A stretch of DNA of 64,000 bases, taken from IMG/VR virus record IMGVR_UViG_3300042889_001272, positions 171,562 through 235,561 of that record, one strand, 5' to 3'. Below the pieces are notes generated by a model. The model had not been told where the DNA came from. It was given only the letters and a program-made list of their open reading frames with translations, and ran no database searches. The translations under genes were made by a program, and so were the position numbers. Positions 45,821 through 55,216 of this stretch are shown here, piece after piece. Position 1 is the first letter of the stretch; each line of letters starts with the position of its first letter.

Positions 45821-45871
45821 TATCTAAGAAGAACAATTGATAACAATGAATTATGTTAATAAAAAGAATTC

Positions 45872-45926
45872 TAAGATTTGTGTTTTACTGTAAGTAAAAG
45901 GTAAATCTTGTTGTTCTACGAACAAC
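45872..45926. terminator. Paired AT-rich hairpins between convergent transcription units
   Basis: AAGATTTG..TTTTAC/GTAAAA..TAAATCTT and GTTGTTC-TAC-GAACAAC (45910-45926). Confidence 0.4.
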
Positions 45927-46154
45927 TTAAATCATTTCTTGTGTTAATGTATCTTTTGGTTTAATGCCTCGATCTAGGCTTATCTTATCTTTGAGTATTT
46001 TAAGGAATATCTTCTTCTCTTCAAATGTAATATTCCATAGGTCATTATAACTCTGTCCTGAGTATATAGCCAATGTTGCAATATCTTCTATTATGGCTTT
46101 TGATTCCTTGTCTAAAGAGTTTAAGAACTTTAGAATGTCTGGCCCAGACTTCAA
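45927..46154 (-). CDS. Small hypothetical protein, partner of gp26-like gene
   Basis: 75 aa; helical pattern SYNDLWNITFEEKKIFLKIL reminiscent of tail-chaperone C-terminal segments. Confidence 0.5.
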   Translation of the reverse strand: MKSGPDILKFLNSLDKESKAIIEDIATLAIYSGQSYNDLWNITFEEKKIFLKILKDKISLDRGIKPKDTLTQEMI

Positions 46155-46165
46155 GGATAAAAGCC

Positions 46166-47005
46166 TTATGCGAAAAAAGTCGTTGGATTAAGGTCTAAAC
46201 TAGATTTAAATTCGGTGTTGCAATTTTTACAACTCACACTAAATTCTTTATCCACACCCATTGTACTGGTCATCATTATAGATAATTCAATTTTTGAAAA
46301 ATCATTTTTGCTGAGATCGTTGATCCAGTCTTTGATGTTTGCATTATCAGTTACAGCTACTCCGTCTGGTAATAACACAGTGTCTATACAGCTACTGACA
46401 ATTTCTATGTTTTTTTCAGTTAAAATTTGATAACTTCGTTGCATTAAATTTACTTTAGTTGCTTCGTCTGCATTATTTTGTTCTGCAAGTTGTATATTTC
46501 TAATCTGTTCAAACTGTACCCAATTTAAGTTCAATAAATTTTGCACAGTAACTGGTTTGATAAAAATTTTAATTCCATTATCTAATTCAACAGGCTCTAA
46601 TTTTTCAACAGTTTTTATACTGCTGATAATTTGATTTAAGTTTATACTCACTTCGTTGGCAGTTTCGCAGGCAGTGCATTTACAATTAACATCTAAATTA
46701 TCACCATACGTACAACGCTTGATACCAACTAAAACAGCATCTAAGTCAATGGCCGGCATGGACATGGGATCAGTGATTGAAGGAACACAGCTATTAATCA
46801 TTTGAGTTATTGCGCTGCCGTTTAGTAAAGCATCTGCGTTTTTAAGCATTAGCTCATCTTTGGCGGTCAGTGGATAAATTGGGATCTCACCCATTTCGTT
46901 AAACTCTGTGGGTTTTTCTTTATAAAAGTTTCCTTGGCTGGGCAACTTAATCCATATTCCAGGCTTTCTAAAATATTGTTTTAACGGGTTGACTTGGTTT
47001 TCCAT
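46166..47005 (-). CDS. gp26: Baseplate hub assembly protein, T4 gp26-like
   Basis: NPLKQYFR.P..WIKLPS.G..Y, PLTAKDELML..ADALLNG, IDLDAVLVGIK..TYG, CKCTAC and CKNC Zn pairs. Confidence 0.7.
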   Translation of the reverse strand: MENQVNPLKQYFRKPGIWIKLPSQGNFYKEKPTEFNEMGEIPIYPLTAKDELMLKNADALLNGSAITQMINSCVPSITDPMSMPAIDLDAVLVGIKRCTYGDNLDVNCKCTACETANEVSINLNQIISSIKTVEKLEPVELDNGIKIFIKPVTVQNLLNLNWVQFEQIRNIQLAEQNNADEATKVNLMQRSYQILTEKNIEIVSSCIDTVLLPDGVAVTDNANIKDWINDLSKNDFSKIELSIMMTSTMGVDKEFSVSCKNCNTEFKSSLDLNPTTFFA

Positions 47006-47015
47006 TTTTTCTCCA

Positions 47016-47052
47016 ACTAAATAGTATATAAAGTAATTACTCTTTATTTATA
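47016..47052. promoter_or_regulatory. Overlapping face-to-face late promoters
   Basis: ACTAAATA (+, 47016-23) and TATAAATA (-, 47045-52) in a 57-nt divergent gap. Confidence 0.6.
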
Positions 47053-47062
47053 TACATATTTA

Positions 47063-49300
47063 ATGGCAGATCCAATTAAAGTCTACGGAACAATAAATCA
47101 AGCGACCTCTGGCTTCGAGTTCTCTCTTGACGGCATGGCTAGTTACAGCCAAATGAAGAAGTTGTTGGCAGTAACTGAATCTATGGCTAAAAAAATGGGA
47201 GCAGATGCCACTGGCCCTAGTAAAGAAGAAAAAGAAGAAGTAGATTTACTTAAAGATAAAAACAAACAGACTAAGCAGTCTATTGATCTTGAAGAAGAAC
47301 AACAAAAAAGATCCAATGAACTTGATAAAAAGTTTAGAGATTTAAGCAGGACTTCATCCTTTCTTCAAGGTAATTTAAGTGCCGCTGGCACAGGATACAC
47401 AACAGGTTTAACATTATTAACCACTGGAGTAGGAACATTACTGGGTGCTTTGTCTGGATATGCTGACCAACTGCAACTGGGTTTACAACGAGGTATCAGT
47501 GGCGGAGTAATGGATTTTGCTATTGCTGCCAAAACAGGCGGTGTTAGTCTAGGATCATTTTCCAAAGCATTGGAAGAAAGTGGCGGCGCATTTGCCAGTC
47601 TGGGCGATGGAGCAACCAACGGTGCTAAGAACTTTGGATCATTAATTGGTAGTGTTAGAACAGCTACAGCAAGCGTAGGCAATCTAGGATTAAGCAACGA
47701 TCAATTGGCATTGCTTACAGCACAACAGGTCAAGGTAGCTGTTTCACAGGGTTTTAAAGGCACTGCTGCTCAAAATGTTGTAATTAATAACACTCGTGCA
47801 TTGGCTAAAGAATTAGATATACTGGCAAATCAAACTGGTAAGAGTGTGTTAGAAATGACTCAGGCCGCGGTAAAATTAGCACAAGATCCGTTAGTAAGTA
47901 GCTTTGTTAGAGATATTAAAACGGGCGGAGCAGATGCCGCCAAAGCATTAAATTCATATGCCGCCAACTTTACTGCATTGTTTGGCAAAGAAGGAGATAA
48001 ACTAGCACGTGATACTATTGGTCCTGCACTGTCCGGACTGCCTATGATTATCAATGACACGGGTAAAAACCTAGCATTGGCCAGTCAAAGCACATACAAT
48101 GAAATAGATAGACTAGCCCAAAAAGCTCGCAGTGGCGAAGCAATGACCGATGAAGATAGACAGCGTTTATCCGAAACAATTAAAAAAGAAGTTGCACAGC
48201 GTGGCCAAGAACTTCGATACATGTCTGAACTAGGTGGGCCAATGGGCGAAAGTGCTAAACAGTTTCTGTCATTGGCACAGGAAGTTGAAAACTATAATAG
48301 TGCCGCAGGTGAGCAACGTAGAAAAGAAGACAAAGCCGCACAAGAGTTTAATACGGCAATGAATCAGTTTAAAGCAAATTTACAAGCTCTTGCAATACCA
48401 TTCTTGAATTTAATCAACGGTATTGATTGGACAGTTTTCATTAATACTCTCAGTGCATTTGCTTCAGGGTTAGGTACTGTATTACATTTACTTGATCCAA
48501 TTGGTAAATTTTTAGGTATGGGTCCAGGCGGATTAATAGGTGCAATACTAGGCTTAGTGGCAGTTATAGCTATAGGAAAAACTGGATATGGCTTATTGAA
48601 TAAATCAGTGACATCTATGGCAGCTACTTTTACAGAATCGGCTGCAAAAATTAAATTAGCTGCCGACAGACTTTTAGGCATTGGTGCATCTGGAAAACTA
48701 GGAAAGAAAGCACAGTCTGCTAGCCTAGCTACTGCAATTACATTAGACTCGGTAAGTAGTCCGTCTACAAGCAAAATTGGCAAAGGTATAGCCAAAGCAG
48801 GATTAGCTGGCGGCCTTGGTGGTATGATGGGCGGGGGCCTAGGCCAAATGGGCGGTGAATATGCTACAGAGAAACTGGGTCAAGAAAAAAACTCAGGCGG
48901 CGCAATTGGTGGAACAACAGGTGCATTAGCCGGTGGCATTGCAGGCGCAGCAATCGCCGGAGGATTAACAGTTGGCACAGCTGGGCTTGGCGCATTTGTT
49001 GCACCTGCAATTGTCACAGGCATGTCAGCACTGGGGGGTTTTCTGGGTAATGTTGTCGGTAATACAATAGGAGATTGGATGAGTGATGATTCGTCTAGTC
49101 TAGCAGAAACAGACATGGCAGCAGTTGATCAAAGTAACCAATATCAGCAGGCCAGCTTGAAACAAGGTCAACAATTAAACGCCAAAATTGATGCGCTAAA
49201 TGAAAATATGGGATATGGTAATAGTATAAGTGCCAGGGGTGTAGCAGTTGCAGAAACAGGTAATAGACAATTAGCCAACTTACAATACGGTAATGCTTAA
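47063..49300 (+). CDS. Tape measure protein-like
   Basis: 745 aa, Ala/Gly/Leu-rich helical, hydrophobic Gly-rich C-terminal segments; divergent from gp26 as in T4-like layouts. Confidence 0.7.
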   Translation: MADPIKVYGTINQATSGFEFSLDGMASYSQMKKLLAVTESMAKKMGADATGPSKEEKEEVDLLKDKNKQTKQSIDLEEEQQKRSNELDKKFRDLSRTSSFLQGNLSAAGTGYTTGLTLLTTGVGTLLGALSGYADQLQLGLQRGISGGVMDFAIAAKTGGVSLGSFSKALEESGGAFASLGDGATNGAKNFGSLIGSVRTATASVGNLGLSNDQLALLTAQQVKVAVSQGFKGTAAQNVVINNTRALAKELDILANQTGKSVLEMTQAAVKLAQDPLVSSFVRDIKTGGADAAKALNSYAANFTALFGKEGDKLARDTIGPALSGLPMIINDTGKNLALASQSTYNEIDRLAQKARSGEAMTDEDRQRLSETIKKEVAQRGQELRYMSELGGPMGESAKQFLSLAQEVENYNSAAGEQRRKEDKAAQEFNTAMNQFKANLQALAIPFLNLINGIDWTVFINTLSAFASGLGTVLHLLDPIGKFLGMGPGGLIGAILGLVAVIAIGKTGYGLLNKSVTSMAATFTESAAKIKLAADRLLGIGASGKLGKKAQSASLATAITLDSVSSPSTSKIGKGIAKAGLAGGLGGMMGGGLGQMGGEYATEKLGQEKNSGGAIGGTTGALAGGIAGAAIAGGLTVGTAGLGAFVAPAIVTGMSALGGFLGNVVGNTIGDWMSDDSSSLAETDMAAVDQSNQYQQASLKQGQQLNAKIDALNENMGYGNSISARGVAVAETGNRQLANLQYGNA

Positions 49301-49306
49301 TAAATA
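49299..49306 (+). promoter_or_regulatory. Late promoter-like AATAAATA
   Basis: Upstream of AGGA RBS and portal ATG. Confidence 0.6.
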
Positions 49307-49329
49307 CTACAACAGGATTAATAAACAAT

Positions 49330-51060
49330 ATGTCATGGCGTAAGCATTTTCAGATACCACAAACAGCCAATGAAGTAGCCAAATCAAAAGTAGCTACAGG
49401 TAACCATCACGGCAGTAGTAGTAAGTTCAGCAGTTGGCTAAAAGACGTATACGCAGGAACACCAAACCGTGTTGAGCGTTATATGCAATACGAAGTCATG
49501 GATCAAGACAGCGAAGTCAATGCCGCACTTGATACAGTTGCAGAATTCTGCACACAATTTGACTACGAAAGCAATTTGCCTTTCAGTGTTGAACACTTTA
49601 ATGAACCAACAGAAGCAGAAGTAAATGTATTAACACGTAGTTTACGTCAATGGTGTATGATCAACGACTGGAACAAACGTGTATGGCGTATGATGCGTAG
49701 TACAATTAAGTACGGCGATGGCTTCTTTATTCGTGATCCAGAAACATACGAATTGTTGTATGTAGATGGTGCAGACGTTAGTAAAATTATTATCAATCAA
49801 AGCAAAGGCCGCGAAGTAGAGCAATATATTATTAAGAATATTAGTATTAACATTGCTGACAAAGTAGCAACCAATCCTTTGATTGCGGATCAAAACTATG
49901 GTCCAACACAGTTTAATAAAAGTGCTTTTACACAATTTGCCAGTGCTAACACAGGCAGCAACAGCAATACAAATAATGCAGAAACAGCAGTAGATGCAAG
50001 CCATGTACTGCATCTAAGTCTAAGTGAAGGCATGGACACTAACTATCCATTCGGTACAAGTATATTAGAATCAGTGTATAAAGTATTCCAACAAAAATCA
50101 TTGTTAGAAGACAGTATCATTATCTATCGTGTACAACGTGCTCCAGAACGTAGAGTATTTTACATTGACGTGGGTAACATGCCAGCTAACATGGCTATGA
50201 GCTTTGTTGAGCGTGTTAAAAATGAAATTCACCAACGTCGCATGCCAAGTCGTACAGGCGGCGGCACTAGCATTATGGATGCCAGTTACAATCCATTGAG
50301 TATGTTAGAAGACTACTTCTTTGCACAAACAGCAGAAGGTCGTGGCAGTAAAGTTGAAGTATTACCAGGCGGTGATAACTTGGGTCAAATTGATGACTTG
50401 AAATACTTTACCAACAAGCTAATGCGAGCAATGCGTATTCCCAGCAGTTATATGCCCACAGGACCAGATGATGGCACAGCAACATATAACGATGGCAGGG
50501 TAGGAACCGCGTTCATTCAAGAATATCGCTTTAACAAGTATTGTCAAAGACTACAGAATCTAATAGTAAATCCTTTAGATAAAGAATTTAAAATGTTCTT
50601 AAAACACAAAGGCATTGAATTAGATTCTAGTACATTTAAATTAAGTTTCTTGCCACCACAGAGCTTCAGTGAATATCGTGAAATCGAAGTTAACAATGCC
50701 AGAGCCGCAGTATTCGGACAGCTTGCAGAAGTACAATACATTAGCAGACGTTTTGCATTAAAGAAATATCTAGGATTGACTGACGAAGAGATTGTAGAAA
50801 ACGAAGCAAAATGGCTAGAAGAAAATCCAGAAGCCGGAGAAGGATTAACACCTCCGGGTAACGCGGCTATGGCCGCAGGCGACTTAACTGGACTAGGAGT
50901 AACTCGTCCAACTGAAGATGATTTTGGACAAATAGATCAATTAGGACAACAAGACCAGGCTGAGCCAGGAGCAGAAGCCGCAGGTCAAGTCAGTCCCTTA
51001 GGCGGAGCACCGGCCCCAACACCAGGTGGAGCACCTCCAGCACCAGGAGCAACTCGATGA
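49330..51060 (+). CDS. gp20: Portal protein, T4 gp20-like
   Basis: EDSIIIYRVQRAPERRVFYIDVGNMP, EDYFF, GRGSKVEVLPGG, DDLKYFTNKL. Confidence 0.95.
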   Translation: MSWRKHFQIPQTANEVAKSKVATGNHHGSSSKFSSWLKDVYAGTPNRVERYMQYEVMDQDSEVNAALDTVAEFCTQFDYESNLPFSVEHFNEPTEAEVNVLTRSLRQWCMINDWNKRVWRMMRSTIKYGDGFFIRDPETYELLYVDGADVSKIIINQSKGREVEQYIIKNISINIADKVATNPLIADQNYGPTQFNKSAFTQFASANTGSNSNTNNAETAVDASHVLHLSLSEGMDTNYPFGTSILESVYKVFQQKSLLEDSIIIYRVQRAPERRVFYIDVGNMPANMAMSFVERVKNEIHQRRMPSRTGGGTSIMDASYNPLSMLEDYFFAQTAEGRGSKVEVLPGGDNLGQIDDLKYFTNKLMRAMRIPSSYMPTGPDDGTATYNDGRVGTAFIQEYRFNKYCQRLQNLIVNPLDKEFKMFLKHKGIELDSSTFKLSFLPPQSFSEYREIEVNNARAAVFGQLAEVQYISRRFALKKYLGLTDEEIVENEAKWLEENPEAGEGLTPPGNAAMAAGDLTGLGVTRPTEDDFGQIDQLGQQDQAEPGAEAAGQVSPLGGAPAPTPGGAPPAPGATR

Positions 51061-51269
51061 AATTATTTGAAGTAAAACACGAAGATGGTATTGTTGATCC
51101 ATCTAAAAACGAACTCGAAACTAGTAAAAAAACAGATACTAGACGTCCTAGACTAACACTAGAACACTTGGGAAAACTACGAAAAATGCGTGAAATTCGT
51201 AAACTTGAAATGGAATCCAGAAAGGATCTTTTTAAGAAGATTTACGCAAGACCTCCAGCAATGGAATAA
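51057..51269 (+). CDS. Small basic hypothetical protein (head module)
   Basis: ATGA-coupled to portal; RRPRLTLEHLGKLRKMRE. Confidence 0.7.
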   Translation: MKLFEVKHEDGIVDPSKNELETSKKTDTRRPRLTLEHLGKLRKMREIRKLEMESRKDLFKKIYARPPAME

Positions 51270-51347
51270 ATTTACTATACTTACTCTGTGTTTCTTTTAG
51301 AAAACTGGGTTTTTAACTCTATTTTAGCACTATTCTTGTAATCTTTC

Positions 51348-51355
51348 TGTAAATA
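51348..51355 (+). promoter_or_regulatory. Late promoter-like TGTAAATA
   Basis: Upstream of AAGGAG RBS of the core-protein gene. Confidence 0.5.
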
Positions 51356-51394
51356 TAATACAGACGAATTACTTTGGCCAAAAGGAGAAACACA

Positions 51395-52207
51395 ATGTCT
51401 AAACATACGTTAGAGCAAGTATTAGAAGCCCTTATCAACAAGGAAGATGACCGTGCAAGCGATTTGCTACATCAGTTCTTTGTTCAAAAAGGAAAGTCAA
51501 TTTATGAAGAACTAAGTTCTTTTGACGAACAACTAGAAGAAGATGAAGAAGCGGATCTCGAAGAAGGTATTGGCGGTTCACCTGCTAGTGACTTCGAAGA
51601 AGAAATCATTGCCGATGAATCTGATCTAGAAGATGAAAAATTATTCAGTGAAGCAGACGAAGAAGGCGAAGATCCTATGTCTGCTGAAGAGCCAACAGAG
51701 CCAGAAGCAACTGCTGACTTAGCAATGGGTGGCGACATGCCAGCTGAAGAGCCAGCAGCCGAAGGCGAATTGCTACAAAAAGCAGATGACGCTATCGACG
51801 AATTAAAAGCAATCTTTGCTGAAATTATGGGCGCACAAGGTGGTGACATGCCAGCTGATGAGCCTGTAATGGGTGATGATATGCCTGCTGAAGATCCAAC
51901 AAAAGAAAGCTTCCGTGCTTTCGGTGAAGCTGTTGCAATGAAAGCTGTTCCGGCACCAACACATGGTGACAACGGTGCAAACACACGTAGTCCAGTAAGT
52001 TCTGGTAGTAAGATCAGTGCTAACGGCGCAAGCGCAGTTAAAGTTAACAGTGGTAACACTGCCGGCGGTAAAGCTGATTCTGCTAAAGAAGACGACGCTG
52101 GTAATGTAAACAAAGTTGGTAATGCTAAGGCTCCTGCACTTAAAGGTGTAGCTGTTCCTAAAACTACTGATAGCGCAGCCAACAAAACTAGTCCTGTAGC
52201 GAAGTAA
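51395..52207 (+). CDS. Acidic prohead core protein
   Basis: Very Glu/Asp-rich, between portal and protease; AAGGAG RBS. Confidence 0.65.
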   Translation: MSKHTLEQVLEALINKEDDRASDLLHQFFVQKGKSIYEELSSFDEQLEEDEEADLEEGIGGSPASDFEEEIIADESDLEDEKLFSEADEEGEDPMSAEEPTEPEATADLAMGGDMPAEEPAAEGELLQKADDAIDELKAIFAEIMGAQGGDMPADEPVMGDDMPAEDPTKESFRAFGEAVAMKAVPAPTHGDNGANTRSPVSSGSKISANGASAVKVNSGNTAGGKADSAKEDDAGNVNKVGNAKAPALKGVAVPKTTDSAANKTSPVAK

Positions 52208-52211
52208 TAAG

Positions 52212-52844
52212 ATGGCCTTACCATTAGTAGAAGCTCTTACATTCGACCAAGCTGGTATCCGCACTCAAATTGTGGAAAACCAAACTGGCGGCAAAGACCT
52301 CTACATGGAAGGCATATTCATTCAAGGCGGTGTTAAAAATCAAAACCAAAGAGTTTACCCCGTGAATGAGATCGCTAGAGCATGTAGTAACATTGCTGAA
52401 AAAATTAAATCTGGTTATAGTGTGTTAGGCGAAGCCGATCACCCAGATGACCTGCAAGTTAACTTAGACCGTGTATCACACATGATTACAAACATGTACA
52501 TGACTGAAAACAACGGTATAGGTAAGCTAAAAATTCTACCAACCCCAATGGGTAACATTGTAAAGACTCTTTTAGAGAGCGGTGTTAAACTTGGCGTGAG
52601 TAGCAGAGGATCAGGTAACGTCAACGAATCTGGTGGCGTTACTGATTTCGAAATTGTCACGGTAGACATCGTGGCACAACCTAGTGCTCCGGCAGCATAT
52701 CCCAAAGCAATCTATGAACGTGTAATGCACGATCGTAGACGCCACGCCTTATTAGACGTTGCAAGCGCAGTAAGACATGATCCAAAAGCACAGAGATACC
52801 TCCAGGAAGAGGTTCTTAGGTTCATCACCAACTTGAACAAGTAA
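52212..52844 (+). CDS. gp21: Prohead protease, T4 gp21-like
   Basis: EGIFIQG..NQNQRVYP, GEADHP, GVSSRGSG, DIVAQPSAP. Confidence 0.95.
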   Translation: MALPLVEALTFDQAGIRTQIVENQTGGKDLYMEGIFIQGGVKNQNQRVYPVNEIARACSNIAEKIKSGYSVLGEADHPDDLQVNLDRVSHMITNMYMTENNGIGKLKILPTPMGNIVKTLLESGVKLGVSSRGSGNVNESGGVTDFEIVTVDIVAQPSAPAAYPKAIYERVMHDRRRHALLDVASAVRHDPKAQRYLQEEVLRFITNLNK

Positions 52845-52854
52845 GGGGAATAAG

Positions 52855-53961
52855 ATGAGCACATTAAAAGAACTATTCGGCGCTGAGGTTTTATCTGAGG
52901 AAGTAACAAGCCAATTACAAGAAGCTTGGGACTCTAAAGTTAAGCAACTACATGAAGAAGTGGAATCAAATCTACGTGAAGAATTTAGTCAGAGATACGA
53001 ATCTGACAAAGGTCTAATCGTTGAAGCCGCTGACAAAATGATTACAGAAGCAATTCGCAGAGAAATCGCCGAATTTGCCACTGATAAGCGTGAAGTTGTT
53101 GAAGCAAAAGTTGCATATAAAAAACAAATTCGTGAACATGCTCAAATGTTAAACAAGTTTGTTATGGAACAGATGGCTAAAGAGATCAAAGAACTCAGAG
53201 AAGATCGTAACACACAAAAAGTAAACTTCGGGAAACTAGAAGAATTTGCTTTACGTAAGTTAAGTTCAGAGCTAAAAGAACTAAAAGAAGATGAAGACAA
53301 ACTAGTACAAGCTAGAGTCCACTTAGTAACAGAAGGTAAAAAAGTTATCGCTGAAGCTAAAGCTAAATTCATCAAAGAAGCAGCTACAAGAGCTGAGAAA
53401 TTACTAACTGAAAGCCTGCGTAGCGAGATTACTCAATTACGTGAAGACATTCAAATTAGTCGTGAAAACACTTTCGGTCGTAAGATCATGGAAGCGTTTG
53501 CAGGTGAGTTCATGGCCAGTGGCTTTGCCGATGGCACGCAGGTTAAGAAGTTAGGCGATCAAATCGCTACTTTGACTGCACGTTTAGATGAAACAGCTAA
53601 AACTGTTACAGCTAAGGACACTGAATTAGCTAACGCACAAAAGAAAATTCGCATTGCAGAAGACGCGGTAAAACGCCAATCTATTATGCAAGAATTGGTA
53701 GCACCACTTGGTAAAGAAAAACGTGGCATTATGGAAGATTTGCTAAAAACAACATCTACAGAATCTTTACGTGAGTCATATAACAAGTATCTACCAGCCG
53801 TTCTTAACGAAACAGCTTCTGCTACAAAAGCAAAAACTGTAATTAGTGAGAGCGCCACATCGCAGACGACTGTGATGACTGGCAACAAAACTTCTAGTGA
53901 AGGATCTGCAGGCGCAGATATTATATCACTACGTAAGCTCGCCGGAATTGGAAAAATTTAA
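52855..53961 (+). CDS. gp22: Prohead scaffold protein, T4 gp22-like
   Basis: Long charged coiled coil between protease and capsid genes. Confidence 0.85.
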   Translation: MSTLKELFGAEVLSEEVTSQLQEAWDSKVKQLHEEVESNLREEFSQRYESDKGLIVEAADKMITEAIRREIAEFATDKREVVEAKVAYKKQIREHAQMLNKFVMEQMAKEIKELREDRNTQKVNFGKLEEFALRKLSSELKELKEDEDKLVQARVHLVTEGKKVIAEAKAKFIKEAATRAEKLLTESLRSEITQLREDIQISRENTFGRKIMEAFAGEFMASGFADGTQVKKLGDQIATLTARLDETAKTVTAKDTELANAQKKIRIAEDAVKRQSIMQELVAPLGKEKRGIMEDLLKTTSTESLRESYNKYLPAVLNETASATKAKTVISESATSQTTVMTGNKTSSEGSAGADIISLRKLAGIGKI

Positions 53962-53971
53962 GGAGACTATC

Positions 53972-55138
53972 ATGTCTGAAAAACTTTTCGAAGCCCAGAA
54001 CTGGACTGCAACAAAAGACGTTCTACTAGAAGGCTTAAATGGCAATAAAAAAGCCGTTATGGAAACTGTGTTAGAAAACACAAAGAAAAATATCATGGAA
54101 TCTGCTAGCGCAGGTGCCACACAAGCTGGTAACGTAGCCGTGTTAAACAAGGTAATTTTGCCTGTTATCCGTCGTGTTATGCCAACAGTTATCGCTAACG
54201 AAATCGTTGGTGTTCAGCCAATGACTGGCCCAGTTGGTCAAATCCACACATTGCGTGTACGTTATGCTCAAACAGCTAATGGCGCAACTGCTGGTTCTGA
54301 AGCACTAAGCCCGTTTGATATTGCTACAGCATACTCTGGTGCTAGCAATGGTAAAGGTGAATCTACAAGTACTTTAGAAGGTACACCAGGTAACAAGTTA
54401 AGCATTCAAGTATTGAAGCAAACTGTTGAAGCTAAAACACGTAAGATGTCCGCTCGTTGGACATTCGAAGCCGCGCAAGATGCACAAGCAATGCACGGTT
54501 TGGATGTTGAAGCAGAGATCATGGCTGCTTTGGCACAAGAAATCACTGCTGAAATTGACCAAGAATTGTTAGCAAGTCTAGCAACATTGGCTGGCGCGGC
54601 TACACACACGTTCGATCAGGGTTCTGGTTCATTCACAGGTACTGCAACTTACGTTGGTGACCAACACGCTGTTTTGGCTATCCAAATCAACGACGTTGCT
54701 AACCGTATTGCTCAACGCACACGTCGTGGTGCTGGTAACTTCGTAGTTGTTAGCCCAACAGCTTTAACAATTCTACAAAGTGCTACTACTAGTGCATTTG
54801 CTCGTACAACTGAAGGTACTTTTGAAGCTCCAACAAATACAAAGTTTGCTGGTACATTGAACAGTTCTGTTAAAGTTTATGTAAACAGCTATGCGGCAGC
54901 TAACGCTCCGATCCTAGTTGGTTACAAAGGCCCTAACGAAATGGACGCGGCTGCATTCTATTGCCCATACATTCCGTTGATGAGTTCTGGTGTTGTTCTT
55001 GACCCAGCAACAATGGAACCAGTAGTTTCTTTCATGACACGTTATGGTTATGTAGAATTAACAAACACAGCATCATCTCTTGGTAATGCTGCCGACTACT
55101 TAGGTAAAATTGACATCGGCACAGTTAAATACATGTAA
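53972..55138 (+). CDS. gp23: Major capsid protein, T4 gp23-like
   Basis: IVGVQPMTGPVG, VEAKTRKM, EITAEIDQE, FYCPYIPL, FMTRYG; AGGAG RBS at 53961. Confidence 0.97.
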   Translation: MSEKLFEAQNWTATKDVLLEGLNGNKKAVMETVLENTKKNIMESASAGATQAGNVAVLNKVILPVIRRVMPTVIANEIVGVQPMTGPVGQIHTLRVRYAQTANGATAGSEALSPFDIATAYSGASNGKGESTSTLEGTPGNKLSIQVLKQTVEAKTRKMSARWTFEAAQDAQAMHGLDVEAEIMAALAQEITAEIDQELLASLATLAGAATHTFDQGSGSFTGTATYVGDQHAVLAIQINDVANRIAQRTRRGAGNFVVVSPTALTILQSATTSAFARTTEGTFEAPTNTKFAGTLNSSVKVYVNSYAAANAPILVGYKGPNEMDAAAFYCPYIPLMSSGVVLDPATMEPVVSFMTRYGYVELTNTASSLGNAADYLGKIDIGTVKYM

Positions 55139-55163
55139 TCCGTTACATAGTATTTTTACTATT

Positions 55164-55190
55164 AAAAAGGACTCTTCGGAGTCCTTTTTT
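55164..55190 (+). terminator. Intrinsic terminator with cUUCGg loop
   Basis: AAAAAGGACTC-TTCG-GAGTCCTTTTTT. Confidence 0.9.
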
Positions 55191-55203
55191 AATGTGTGAT
55201 TAA

Positions 55204-55211
55204 AATAAATA
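55204..55211 (+). promoter_or_regulatory. Late promoter-like AATAAATA, 5 nt before ATG
   Basis: TAAATA-CTATT-ATG; no Shine-Dalgarno. Confidence 0.6.
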
Positions 55212-55216
55212 CTATT

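Noticed and set aside
45810-45840. Sigma70 promoter from TTGACA at 45810
   Set aside because: No -10 at 16-18 nt spacing and no downstream gene on that strand.
45927-46166. Programmed frameshift joining the gp26-like gene to the 75-aa ORF (tail chaperone style)
   Set aside because: An 11-nt gap follows a clean stop and I saw no convincing slippery heptamer with stimulatory structure; cannot be excluded without homologue comparison.
51502-52264. Long antisense ORFs (240 aa and 153 aa) over the prohead core gene
   Set aside because: Ser/Ala-rich shadows of a biased acidic gene; no RBS or motif. Same reasoning applied to the many antisense/alternate-frame ORFs over tape measure, fibre and baseplate genes.
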